From NCBI GenBank assembly GCA_036382875.1, contig DASVPJ010000033.1:1660-65659 (forward strand): 64,000 bases of DNA, read 5' to 3'. Source of the stretch: Mycobacteriales bacterium. GTDB lineage: Bacteria; Actinomycetota; Actinomycetes; BP-191. The position numbers and the translations under genes are program-made. This document shows, in pieces, positions 9,530 through 17,275 of the stretch; the first letter of the stretch is position 1, and each line of letters starts with the position of its first letter. The notes below the pieces were generated by a model. It was not told the origin of the DNA and ran no database searches. It saw nothing but the letters and a program-made list of their open reading frames with translations.

Positions 9530-10732
9530 ATGCGGGTACGTGCCGTGCTGGTCACCGCCGCGATGGCGGGTGCGCTGGTCGCCGCGCCGCACGCCGGCGC
9601 GCAGTACCCCAACGTCTGCTACCCGGGCGTCGAGGGTGTCTCGCAGCGGAGCCTGGTGGGCGTCACGCCCGCGGGCGGCGCCGCGCTCGGCGCGCTGGTG
9701 CGGTCGTTCGGCGGCACGATGACGGCACGCCACCCGGTCCTGGGCTTCCGTTCGGTACGGCTGCCCGCCCCGGCGGCGCGCGCGGAGTTCCTCACCCAGG
9801 CGCGCGCGCTGCCGGGGGTCACGTGGGCGGAGCCGGAGCGCGTCGCGACCGCGCACCGGTCCGTCAACGATCCCTTCGCCCGCCGCCAGTGGGCGATCCC
9901 GCGCATCGGCCTGCCCCGGGCGTGGGACGTGGAGACGGGCAAGTCCGGCGTCGTCGTCGCCGTTCTCGACACGGGGGTGGCCGCCGCGCACCCGGACCTG
10001 CGCGGGCAGGTGCTCCCGGGGGTGGACGTCGTGAACGACGACGACGACGCGACCGACGACCAGGGCCACGGCACGCACGTGGCCGGCACGATCGCCGCCA
10101 CGTCGAACAACCGGGCCGGCGTCGCGGGCGTCGCGTGGGGCGTCAAGGTGCTGCCGGTGAAGGTCCTCGACTCGGCCGGCACCGGCACGTCCTGCGACAT
10201 CGCGGTCGGCGTGGTCGAGGCGACCGACAAGGGCGCGTCGATCCTCAACATGAGCCTCGGCATGGCGGGTGCCTGCCCGGTGGCGTTCCGGCTCGCGTTC
10301 GAGTACGCCGCGCAGAAGAAGGTGCTGCCGGTCGCCTCGACGGGCAACGACGCGTTCCAGGGCGCGCCCTCGGCCGCACCGGGCAACTGCCCGACGGTGC
10401 TCGCGGTGGGCGCGACCGACTCGAAGGACAAGCCCGCGATCTTCTCGACGTGGGGCCCGCAGGTCGACGTCAGCGCGCCGGGCGTGGACATCATGTCCAC
10501 GACGATCGACCCGAAGACCGGCCGCTTCGGCTACGGCCTGTCCAGCGGTACGTCGATGGCCGCGCCGCACGTCGCCGGCCTCGCCGCGCTGCTCCGCTCG
10601 AAGCACGCGGACTGGTCGCCGCAGCAGGTCGCCGACGCGATCACGAGCACCGCCGACGACCTCGGCCCGCGCGGTCGCGACGACTTCTACGGCAGCGGGC
10701 GCATCAACGCGGCGCGCGCGCTGACCCGCTGA
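9530..10732 (+). CDS. Secreted S8 (subtilisin-family) serine peptidase
   Basis: ATG at 9530 after GGAGG. Has a signal peptide. Catalytic motifs VLDTGV (Asp), HGTHVAG (His), SGTSMAAPHVAG (Ser). Confidence 0.9.
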   Translation: MRVRAVLVTAAMAGALVAAPHAGAQYPNVCYPGVEGVSQRSLVGVTPAGGAALGALVRSFGGTMTARHPVLGFRSVRLPAPAARAEFLTQARALPGVTWAEPERVATAHRSVNDPFARRQWAIPRIGLPRAWDVETGKSGVVVAVLDTGVAAAHPDLRGQVLPGVDVVNDDDDATDDQGHGTHVAGTIAATSNNRAGVAGVAWGVKVLPVKVLDSAGTGTSCDIAVGVVEATDKGASILNMSLGMAGACPVAFRLAFEYAAQKKVLPVASTGNDAFQGAPSAAPGNCPTVLAVGATDSKDKPAIFSTWGPQVDVSAPGVDIMSTTIDPKTGRFGYGLSSGTSMAAPHVAGLAALLRSKHADWSPQQVADAITSTADDLGPRGRDDFYGSGRINAARALTR

Positions 10733-11981
10733 CGCCAAGACCGGCCGCGCCCGCGCCGACCGCGGCGAGCAGCGCCAGCGCCACCCCGATCGGTGCCGTG
10801 CGGCTCGGCTCGGCCGCTCGCGGCGCGGGCGGCTCCGCGACGGCCGGGGGAGTGGTCGTGGGCAGCGCCGGGGGAGTCGTCGGCGACGGGGTCGGCCGCG
10901 GCGACGGCGTGGGGGTCGGGCGTGGCGTGGGCGTCGGCGTCGGGCGCGGCTGCGGCTTGGGCCGCGGCTTCACGGTGACGACCCCGCGCGACGGCCGCGG
11001 GCTGGCCGCGGTGGTCGGCGCGGCGGCGCTCGCGCCGAGCGCGGCGGAGGCGTTGACGAGGCCGGAGCCGGCCCCGGAGAGCGGCCGCGCGGTGGCCCGC
11101 AGCCGGTTGACGACGTCGTCGCGCGAGCGCGTGCGCTGCGAGAACAGCAGCGCCGCCACCCCGCTCACGTGGGGGGCGGCCATCGAGGTGCCGGCCAGCG
11201 CGGCGTACTGGTGCTGCGTCCCGTCGCTCCACGTCGACACGACGCACTGCTCGACGCTGCACTCGTCGCCGGGCGGGTCGCCGCCCGGCGCGGCCAGGTC
11301 GATGCCCTGGCCGTGCTGCGAGTACGACGCGATGGCGCCGTCGCGGCCGGTGGCGGCGACGATGAGCGCGTTGCCGCCGTACGAGTCGGCGACCGGCAGC
11401 CCCTGGTTGCCGGCGGCGAACACCACGAGCACGCCCGCCCGCGCGGCGTCCGCCACGGCGGAGTCGAGCGTGGTGTCGCGGCCGGACAGCGGCACCGCGG
11501 CGCCGGCCGAGATGTTGACGACCCGCGCCCCGTGCGAGACGGCGTAGCGCACCGCCAGCGCCAGGTCGTTGCTGCGGCCGGTGCACTCGTCGCCGTCCCA
11601 CTTGAGGACGCGGATCGGCAGGATGCGCGCGCGCGGCGCGACGCCGTACGTCGCGCTGGCGACCGTGCCGGCGACGTGCGTGCCGTGCGCCTCGCAGCGG
11701 TCGGGCGCGGGGTTGCCGGCCCGGCACGAGCCGCCGGTGCAGTCGGCGCCGGTGAGCATCCGGCCGGAGAAGTCGGGGTGGCGCACGTCCACCCAGGTGT
11801 CGAGCACGGCGACGGTCGTGCCGGTGCCGGACCGCCCGGCGGGCTGCGCCTGGCCCAGCCGGATCTGGTCGAAGTTCCAGGTGCGCGGCTGCGCCGCGTC
11901 GGCGGTCGCGCCGAGCGCGACCGGTACCGCGAGGGCGGCGGCGGCCAGGGTGAGGAAGGCGCGGGGCACGGCGCTGCTCAC
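10704..11981 (-). CDS. S8 serine peptidase with Pro-rich linker and C-terminal TM anchor (mycosin-like architecture)
   Basis: Has a signal peptide. Motifs VLDTWV, HGTHVAG, GTSMAAPHVSG. Followed by PRPKPQPRPTPTPTPRPTPTPSPRPTPSPTTPP and a terminal hydrophobic helix. Converges on and overlaps the previous S8 gene by 29 nt. Confidence 0.9.
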   Translation of the reverse strand: MSSAVPRAFLTLAAAALAVPVALGATADAAQPRTWNFDQIRLGQAQPAGRSGTGTTVAVLDTWVDVRHPDFSGRMLTGADCTGGSCRAGNPAPDRCEAHGTHVAGTVASATYGVAPRARILPIRVLKWDGDECTGRSNDLALAVRYAVSHGARVVNISAGAAVPLSGRDTTLDSAVADAARAGVLVVFAAGNQGLPVADSYGGNALIVAATGRDGAIASYSQHGQGIDLAAPGGDPPGDECSVEQCVVSTWSDGTQHQYAALAGTSMAAPHVSGVAALLFSQRTRSRDDVVNRLRATARPLSGAGSGLVNASAALGASAAAPTTAASPRPSRGVVTVKPRPKPQPRPTPTPTPRPTPTPSPRPTPSPTTPPALPTTTPPAVAEPPAPRAAEPSRTAPIGVALALLAAVGAGAAGLGVSGSARAPR

Positions 11982-11988
11982 GGCATCG

Positions 11989-12369
11989 TCACCCGCTGGT
12001 CGCGGTCACCCCGCTGTCGGTGCGCCGGTCCTCCAGCTCGCGCAGCACGTCGTCGTGCTCGGGCGGGGCCAGCGCGCCGAAGTGCACGACGAGCGTGCCC
12101 TTCGCGCCGCAGTGCCCGCAGGTCACCGCCGCGACCGCCGTCATGTCGTCGGGGTCCGACGCGCCCTCCGTACGGATCAGCGCGGCGAGCGCGATGTCCC
12201 GCGCGTGCGTCGTCCGGTGGCACGAGTAGCAGATGACGTCGCCGCCTTCCTGCGCGGCGAGCTGGGCGGTGAAGCCCTCGGCCTCGAACCGCTTCAGCGC
12301 CTCGCCCATGGGGGTGGCGTCGGTCGCGTTGTCCGGTGTGGTCGGCATGTTCGTAGGTCTGCCCGGCAC
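11989..12369 (-). CDS. Small conserved hypothetical protein with CxxC...CxxC zinc-ribbon-like motif
   Basis: 126-aa ORF with G/C third positions, containing CYSC ... CGHC. 7 nt upstream of the anchored S8 gene on the same strand. Confidence 0.6.
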   Translation of the reverse strand: MPGRPTNMPTTPDNATDATPMGEALKRFEAEGFTAQLAAQEGGDVICYSCHRTTHARDIALAALIRTEGASDPDDMTAVAAVTCGHCGAKGTLVVHFGALAPPEHDDVLRELEDRRTDSGVTATSG

Positions 12370-12385
12370 CGCCCCGGCTACACCG

Positions 12386-13426
12386 CTACACGGCGACCGG
12401 CAGCTCCACCGGCGGCGCGTCCGCGAGCAGGTCGAGCACCGCCCACTCGACCGCGCCCTGCGTGCCGAGGTGCCCGGCCTGCGCGCCGGCGCCGAGCTTG
12501 TCGAGCGGCACGGTGACGCCGGACAGGTAGCGGTCCACCACGCGCGGGTCGACGTACGACGCCTTGCACACGGCGGGGGTGTTGCCGAGGTAGTGCGAGA
12601 CCTCCTGGTACATCCGGGCCACGGCCCGCCGGCGCGCGGTGCGGCTGCGCGACGCCTCGGCGCTCACCGCGAGCGCGACCGCCGCGAGCACGGTCGCCGC
12701 CCAGGTGCGGAAGTCCTTGGCGCTGAAGTCGCCGCCGGTGACCTCCTTGATGTACGCGTTGATGTCGGCGCTCTTCAGGTCGCACCAGCCGCCGTCCGCG
12801 CGGCGGTACGCGAGCAGCTCCGGGCCGCCGCCGCGGCGGCGCTTCAACGCCGTCACGACCTCGACCACGGTCGGCTCGACGATCGACTGGATGCGCTGCT
12901 TGCCGGACTTCGCGACGTAGTCGAACGTCACCACCTCCCCGCGCACGGTCACGTGGTCCTTGCGGATCGTGGCGAGGCCGTAGGTCTGGTTCTGCTCGGC
13001 GTAGCCCTCGGTGCCGATGCGGAAGAAGCCGAGGTCGAGCAGCCGCGCGGCGCAGGCCAGCACCCGCTCGCGGCCGAGGCCCTCGGTGCGCAGGTCGTCG
13101 TTGATGCGGTCGCGCAGCGCGGGCAGCGCGCGGCCGAACTCCACCATGTGCTCGAACTTCTCGCGGTCCCGTTGCGTCCGCCACGCGTCGTGGTAGCGGT
13201 ACTGCCGCCGCCCGGCCGCGTCGAGGCCGGTGGCCTGGATGTGGCCCCGCGGGTGCGCGCAGATCCACACGTCGGTCCACGCGGGCGGGATGACGAGCGC
13301 GTCGATGCGCGCGAGCACGTCGGGGTCGGTGACCCGGGCGCCGTTCTGGTCGACGTAGCTGAAGCCGCGGCCGACGCGCCGCCTGCGGATGCCCGGTGAG
13401 GCCGGGTCGACGCGCCGGAGCCGCAT
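12386..13426 (-). CDS. DNA topoisomerase IB (bacterial/poxvirus type)
   Basis: 346 aa. N-terminus GIRRRRVGRGFSYVDQNGARVTD...LVIPPAWTDVWICAHPRGHIQATGLDAAGRRQYRYH and C-terminal ...LGNTPAVCKASYVDPRV (active-site Tyr region) are characteristic of bacterial TopIB. Confidence 0.9.
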   Translation of the reverse strand: MRLRRVDPASPGIRRRRVGRGFSYVDQNGARVTDPDVLARIDALVIPPAWTDVWICAHPRGHIQATGLDAAGRRQYRYHDAWRTQRDREKFEHMVEFGRALPALRDRINDDLRTEGLGRERVLACAARLLDLGFFRIGTEGYAEQNQTYGLATIRKDHVTVRGEVVTFDYVAKSGKQRIQSIVEPTVVEVVTALKRRRGGGPELLAYRRADGGWCDLKSADINAYIKEVTGGDFSAKDFRTWAATVLAAVALAVSAEASRSRTARRRAVARMYQEVSHYLGNTPAVCKASYVDPRVVDRYLSGVTVPLDKLGAGAQAGHLGTQGAVEWAVLDLLADAPPVELPVAV

Positions 13427-13428
13427 CG

Positions 13429-13836
13429 TTACGCCTCGAACGTGTGCATCGCCGCTTCCTCGGCGCTGCGCTGGCCGTCGTCGCGGCCGACGTCGGTGGC
13501 GACGTTCTCCTTCACGTCGTCCTCGCGCGCGCCCTCGTCGGTGTCGACGATGCGCCCGGCCGGCTCGTCGCCGAGCCCCTCCGCCTCGGAGAGGTACGGC
13601 ACGTCCACCTCCATCGCCGGGTCGGGCGTCTCGCGGGACAGCCGCAGGTCGAGCGGCTCGCCGTCGCGCTGCTCGTTCGCCGTGGTGCCGTACTCGTTCA
13701 CGGCCACCGGGCGGTCGATCGGGGAGTGCTCGCGGTCGAGGATCTCGCCGGGCGTCATCTGCTCGTCCACGGCGATGTCGATGCCGGAGAGGCCGGCGTC
13801 GGCCTGGGTCGCGACCGGGGTCTGGTCGTCGCGCAT
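13429..13836 (-). CDS. Highly acidic small protein, function unknown
   Basis: 135-aa Asp/Glu-rich ORF. Its stop lies 2 nt before the TopIB start. Codon bias is consistent with coding. Confidence 0.65.
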   Translation of the reverse strand: MRDDQTPVATQADAGLSGIDIAVDEQMTPGEILDREHSPIDRPVAVNEYGTTANEQRDGEPLDLRLSRETPDPAMEVDVPYLSEAEGLGDEPAGRIVDTDEGAREDDVKENVATDVGRDDGQRSAEEAAMHTFEA

Positions 13837-13855
13837 GGTTCCTCCTCGGGTCGCG

Positions 13856-14302
13856 TCAGGCGCCGGACGTGGCGCCGCGCTCGATCGTCTCCTTGAACGC
13901 CGCCAGCGCGCGCTCGACCTTGTCCTGCGGGTCGGCCAGCAGCTTGGCCACCGCGTCGCCGACGGCGCCGGCCGGCGGGTCGTACGCGAGGCTCACCTCG
14001 ACTCCGGTGGTCGCGCCGTGGTCGTCGAAGCGCACCGCGCCGGAGGTCGTGACGTCGTTGTCGCCGGTGTCGTCCGTGGCCCACGCGATGCGGACCCCGG
14101 GCACGTCCTCGACGATCCGGGCGTCCCACTCGACGCTCGTGCCGAGCGGGCCGCTGACCTTCCAGTGCGTCAGCCCCGGTCCGGTCGGCTCGACCGACTC
14201 GACGTCGGGCATGACCGACGGGAGGTTGGTGAGGCCGCGCCACCAGGCGTACGCCTGCGCGGCGGGGACGTTGACCTCGACGTAGTGCGCGACGGTGCCC
14301 AC
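13856..14302 (-). CDS. SRPBCC (polyketide cyclase/dehydrase, START-like) family protein
   Basis: GTG at 14302 gives 148 aa (VGTVAHYVEVNVPAAQAYAWWRGLTNLPSVMPDVESVEP...), typical of the SRPBCC fold. The longer ORF (to 14692) would overlap the upstream gene. Confidence 0.8.
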   Translation of the reverse strand: MGTVAHYVEVNVPAAQAYAWWRGLTNLPSVMPDVESVEPTGPGLTHWKVSGPLGTSVEWDARIVEDVPGVRIAWATDDTGDNDVTTSGAVRFDDHGATTGVEVSLAYDPPAGAVGDAVAKLLADPQDKVERALAAFKETIERGATSGA

Positions 14303-14304
14303 CG

Positions 14305-14586
14305 CTAGACCCTGATCGAGACGTCCGGGTGCGCCGTCACCTGGTCGGTCACCTCCTTGCCGACGAACGTGTCGGTGACGACGCGCTTGGCCGTCCCGAG
14401 CAGGTCCGACGCCTCGTGCCGCGCGGTCTCCGCGGCCTGCTTCACCTCGGGCTTGCCGACGAGCGAGCGCCACTGCGTGACGATCTGCTCGTAGCGGCGG
14501 CGCCCCGCCTTGGCCCCGAGGACGTACCCGGCCGCGAACCCGGTCACGAACGTCGCCTTGTACCGCATGTCCATCCTCCAGGGCAT
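14305..14586 (-). CDS. Small YtxH-like/membrane-associated stress protein (hypothetical)
   Basis: 93-aa ORF with N-terminal hydrophobic helix (ATFVTGFAAGYVLGAKAG) followed by a charged helical tail. First gene of a tightly packed six-gene minus-strand array. Alternative starts at 14574 or 14568. Confidence 0.6.
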   Translation of the reverse strand: MPWRMDMRYKATFVTGFAAGYVLGAKAGRRRYEQIVTQWRSLVGKPEVKQAAETARHEASDLLGTAKRVVTDTFVGKEVTDQVTAHPDVSIRV

Positions 14587-14684
14587 CGTCGTGTGGTGCC
14601 GTACGAGGCGGGACGTACCCGGACGGGCGGGGACGCAACCGCCATGCGGAGCCGCTGGGGCGGCTGGTACCCTCGTCCCGCCGT

Positions 14685-14757
14685 TCCCCCATAGCTCAAT
14701 TGGCAGAGCGCCCGACTGTTAATCGGTAGGTTCCTGGTTCGAGTCCAGGTGGGGGAG
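14685..14757 (+). tRNA. tRNA-Asn (anticodon GTT)
   Basis: Cloverleaf by eye: acceptor TCCCCCA/TGGGGGA, D arm GCTC..GAGC, anticodon loop CTGTTAA, T arm CCTGG-TTCGAGT-CCAGG, discriminator G. Confidence 0.95.
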
Positions 14758-14781
14758 CTCGAACGACGGAGGGGGACTCCG

Positions 14782-15477
14782 ATGCGTCGGCTCCTGGCCG
14801 CGGCGGCCGGCCTCCTGCTCGCGCTCGCGGGCTGCTCCGCGGACGGCGGCTCGCCCCGCGCGGACACCGTCTCGGTGTCGCCCTCCGCCACGCCGAGCCC
14901 CACCGCGGGCGCCGCCACCGAAGCGCAGCTCGCCGGCGCGCTGCTCGCGGTCGGCGACCTGCCGACCGGGTGGAGCGTGGACGACGACGAGGACGACGAC
15001 GACGAGGACCCGATCCAGGGCTGCCCCGAGCTGGCCGCGCTCGACGACCGGATCGGCGAGCGCCCGAACGCCGAGGTGTCGTTCGCGCGGGCGGAGCTCG
15101 GCCCGTTCTTCAGCGAGTCGGCGGGGACGTTCCGCGACGCGGGCGACGCCGCGGCCGCGGTCCGGCGGCTGACGCACGCGCTGGGCTCGTGCCCGTCGTT
15201 CACCTACACCGACGACGACGGCAAGAAGCAGCGGGCCCGGATCGCGGCGCTGTCGTTCCCGCAGGTCGGCGACGAGACGTTCGCCGCGCGGATGTCGGTC
15301 GAGTTCGAGGGCGGGCGGATCAGCGTCGACTTCGCCGTCGTCCGGGTGCGCCAGCACGTGCTGCTGCTCGCCGGCACGAGCGTGACGACGGTGTTCGGCG
15401 GCGGGCAGCTCGACCCGGCCGACCTCGAACGCCTCGTGCGCGCCGCGGTCACGAAGGCGAGCGGCGCGCTGCCGTAG
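14782..15477 (+). CDS. Lipoprotein, function unknown
   Basis: ATG at 14782. Signal with lipobox MRRLLAAAAGLLLALAGC. Contains an acidic run DDDEDDDDED. Confidence 0.8.
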   Translation: MRRLLAAAAGLLLALAGCSADGGSPRADTVSVSPSATPSPTAGAATEAQLAGALLAVGDLPTGWSVDDDEDDDDEDPIQGCPELAALDDRIGERPNAEVSFARAELGPFFSESAGTFRDAGDAAAAVRRLTHALGSCPSFTYTDDDGKKQRARIAALSFPQVGDETFAARMSVEFEGGRISVDFAVVRVRQHVLLLAGTSVTTVFGGGQLDPADLERLVRAAVTKASGALP

Positions 15478-15527
15478 CCGCCGAAAACGCCGCGCGGCGC
15501 GCGGCCGCCGTCGGCATCATTCGGCGG

Positions 15528-16400
15528 GTGCACGACGACGAGGTCACGGTGGACGAGGCGCTGGTCCGCCGGCTGCTCGCGGCGCAGCACCCGGAGTACG
15601 CCGCGCTCCCGCTGAGCCGCGTCGCGGAGAGCGGGACGGACAACGCGCTGTTCCGGCTCGGCGACGACCTCGCCGTCCGGCTGCCGCGCATCCCGTCGGC
15701 GCACCGGCAGGTGGCGAAGGAGCAGCAGTGGCTGGCGCGGCTCGCGCCGCACCTGCCGCTGCCGGTGCCCGTCCCGGTCGCGCACGGCGTCCCGGGCGAG
15801 GGATACCCGTACGTGTGGTCGGTCTGCCGCTGGCTGCCCGGCGGCACGGTGGCCGAGGGGCCGGAGAGCGCGGCGGCGGACCTCGCGGCGTTCCTCCTCG
15901 CGCTGCGCGCGGTGGACGCGACCGGCGGCCCCGCGCCGGGCGACCACAACTTCGGCCGGGGCGTAACGCTCGCCGAGCGCGACGAGACGTACCGCCGCCG
16001 CGCCGCCGAGCTCGACGGCGTGCTCGACCCCCGGGTGCTGCTCGAAGCGTGGGACGAGGCGCTCGCCGCGCCGGCGTGGGACGGGCCGCCGGTGTGGATC
16101 CACGGCGACCTGCACGGCGCGAACCTCGCCGTGTCGGACGGGCGGGTCAGTGGCGTCCTGGACTGGGGCGGGCTCGGCGTCGGCGACCCGGCGTGCGACG
16201 TGATGGTCGCGTGGACGTACCTGCCGCGGGCCGCGCGGGCGGCGTTCCGCGACGCCGTGGGTGCCGACGACGCGACGTGGGCGCGGGCGCGCGGCTGGGT
16301 GCTGTCGATGGGCGTCAACGCGCTGCCGTACTACCTCCCGCGCTCCCCGCGCATCGCCGCGCAGTCGCGGCGCTGGATAGACCTGGCGCTCGCGGACTGA
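15528..16400 (+). CDS. Aminoglycoside phosphotransferase (APH)/protein-kinase-like family protein
   Basis: GTG at 15528. Motifs SGTDNALFRLGDDLAVRLPR, catalytic WIHGDLHGANL and VLDWGGLGVGDPACD. Confidence 0.85.
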   Translation: MHDDEVTVDEALVRRLLAAQHPEYAALPLSRVAESGTDNALFRLGDDLAVRLPRIPSAHRQVAKEQQWLARLAPHLPLPVPVPVAHGVPGEGYPYVWSVCRWLPGGTVAEGPESAAADLAAFLLALRAVDATGGPAPGDHNFGRGVTLAERDETYRRRAAELDGVLDPRVLLEAWDEALAAPAWDGPPVWIHGDLHGANLAVSDGRVSGVLDWGGLGVGDPACDVMVAWTYLPRAARAAFRDAVGADDATWARARGWVLSMGVNALPYYLPRSPRIAAQSRRWIDLALAD

Positions 16401-16431
16401 ACCGCCACGGCCGGTCGCGCGAAGACCAGCC

Positions 16432-16887
16432 GTGACCTCCGAGACCGCGACTCCCGACACCGCCGCACCGCGCGCCGTCGCCGCACCGCGCGACGTCGCC
16501 GCACCGCGCGACGTCGCCGCACCGCGCGACGTCGCCGCACCGCGCGCCGCCGCGCTCGTCGCGTTCGGCCTCGCGGTCGCCGGCCTGGCGCACGTGCCGC
16601 CGACCTCGCACCACCTGGCCGAGGCGCCGTACGCCGGCGCGGCGTTCGTCGGCTTCACGCTCGCCTGCGTCGCGCTGCTGCTCGCGCTGTCGAGCTCGCC
16701 GTCGCGACCGGTGCTGCTCGCCTCCGGCGTGCTGTGCGCGGTCGCGATCGGCACGTACGCCGCGACGCGGCTGGTGGCGTTCCCCGGGCTCGCGCACGAC
16801 GTCGGCGACTGGCTCGACCCGTACGGCGTCGTGTCCGTCGCCGCCGAGGCGCTCGTCGTCGCCGCCGCCGCGCGGGCCGTCCGGTGA
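16432..16887 (+). CDS. Integral membrane protein with N-terminal AAPRDV hexapeptide repeats
   Basis: 151 aa with 3-4 hydrophobic helices after a repeat-containing N-terminus. Its stop overlaps the start of the cupredoxin gene (GTGA). Confidence 0.7.
   Translation: MTSETATPDTAAPRAVAAPRDVAAPRDVAAPRDVAAPRAAALVAFGLAVAGLAHVPPTSHHLAEAPYAGAAFVGFTLACVALLLALSSSPSRPVLLASGVLCAVAIGTYAATRLVAFPGLAHDVGDWLDPYGVVSVAAEALVVAAAARAVR
16462..16551 (+). repeat. In-frame 18-nt tandem repeat, 5 units (GCCGCACCGCGCGACGTC)
   Basis: Three central units are identical and the outer two differ by 1-2 nt. Encodes AAPRAV-AAPRDV-AAPRDV-AAPRDV-AAPRAA. Confidence 0.9.
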
Positions 16888-17249
16888 GGCGCGCCGCGGC
16901 CGCCGCCGCGTTGCTGCTCGGGACCGCCTGCGGCGGCGGCGCCGAGCCGAAGGCGGCGACCGTCTCCGTCCAGGGGCTCGCGTTCGGGCCCGGCGACCTC
17001 ACGGTCGCGGCCGGGACGACCGTCACCTGGCGCAACGACGAGCCGATCGGCCACACCGTCACGTCCGGCACGGCGACCGGCATCGACGCCGGCACCGGGC
17101 TGCGTTCCGGCGAACGCCCCGACGGCGCGTACGACGCGCCGCTCACCACGAAGGGCGCGACGTTCACCCGGACGTTCGACGCCCCCGGCACCTACCCGTA
17201 CTACTGCGCGATTCACAAAGGGATGAACGCGCGCGTCGTCGTCACCTGA
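16884..17249 (+). CDS. Cupredoxin (plastocyanin/azurin-like) copper-binding lipoprotein
   Basis: Lipobox LLLGTAC. Type-1 Cu ligand pattern ...GHTV... and YYCAIHKGM (Cys-x2-His-x2-Met). Confidence 0.85.
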   Translation: MRRAAAAAALLLGTACGGGAEPKAATVSVQGLAFGPGDLTVAAGTTVTWRNDEPIGHTVTSGTATGIDAGTGLRSGERPDGAYDAPLTTKGATFTRTFDAPGTYPYYCAIHKGMNARVVVT

Positions 17250-17275
17250 CCCTGACACGAGAGAAGGAACCACCC

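Noticed and set aside
10704-11981. ESX/type VII secretion mycosin
   Set aside because: Only the architecture (S8 plus Pro-rich stalk plus C-terminal TM) is reminiscent. No Ecc components or WXG100 genes are in the neighbourhood.
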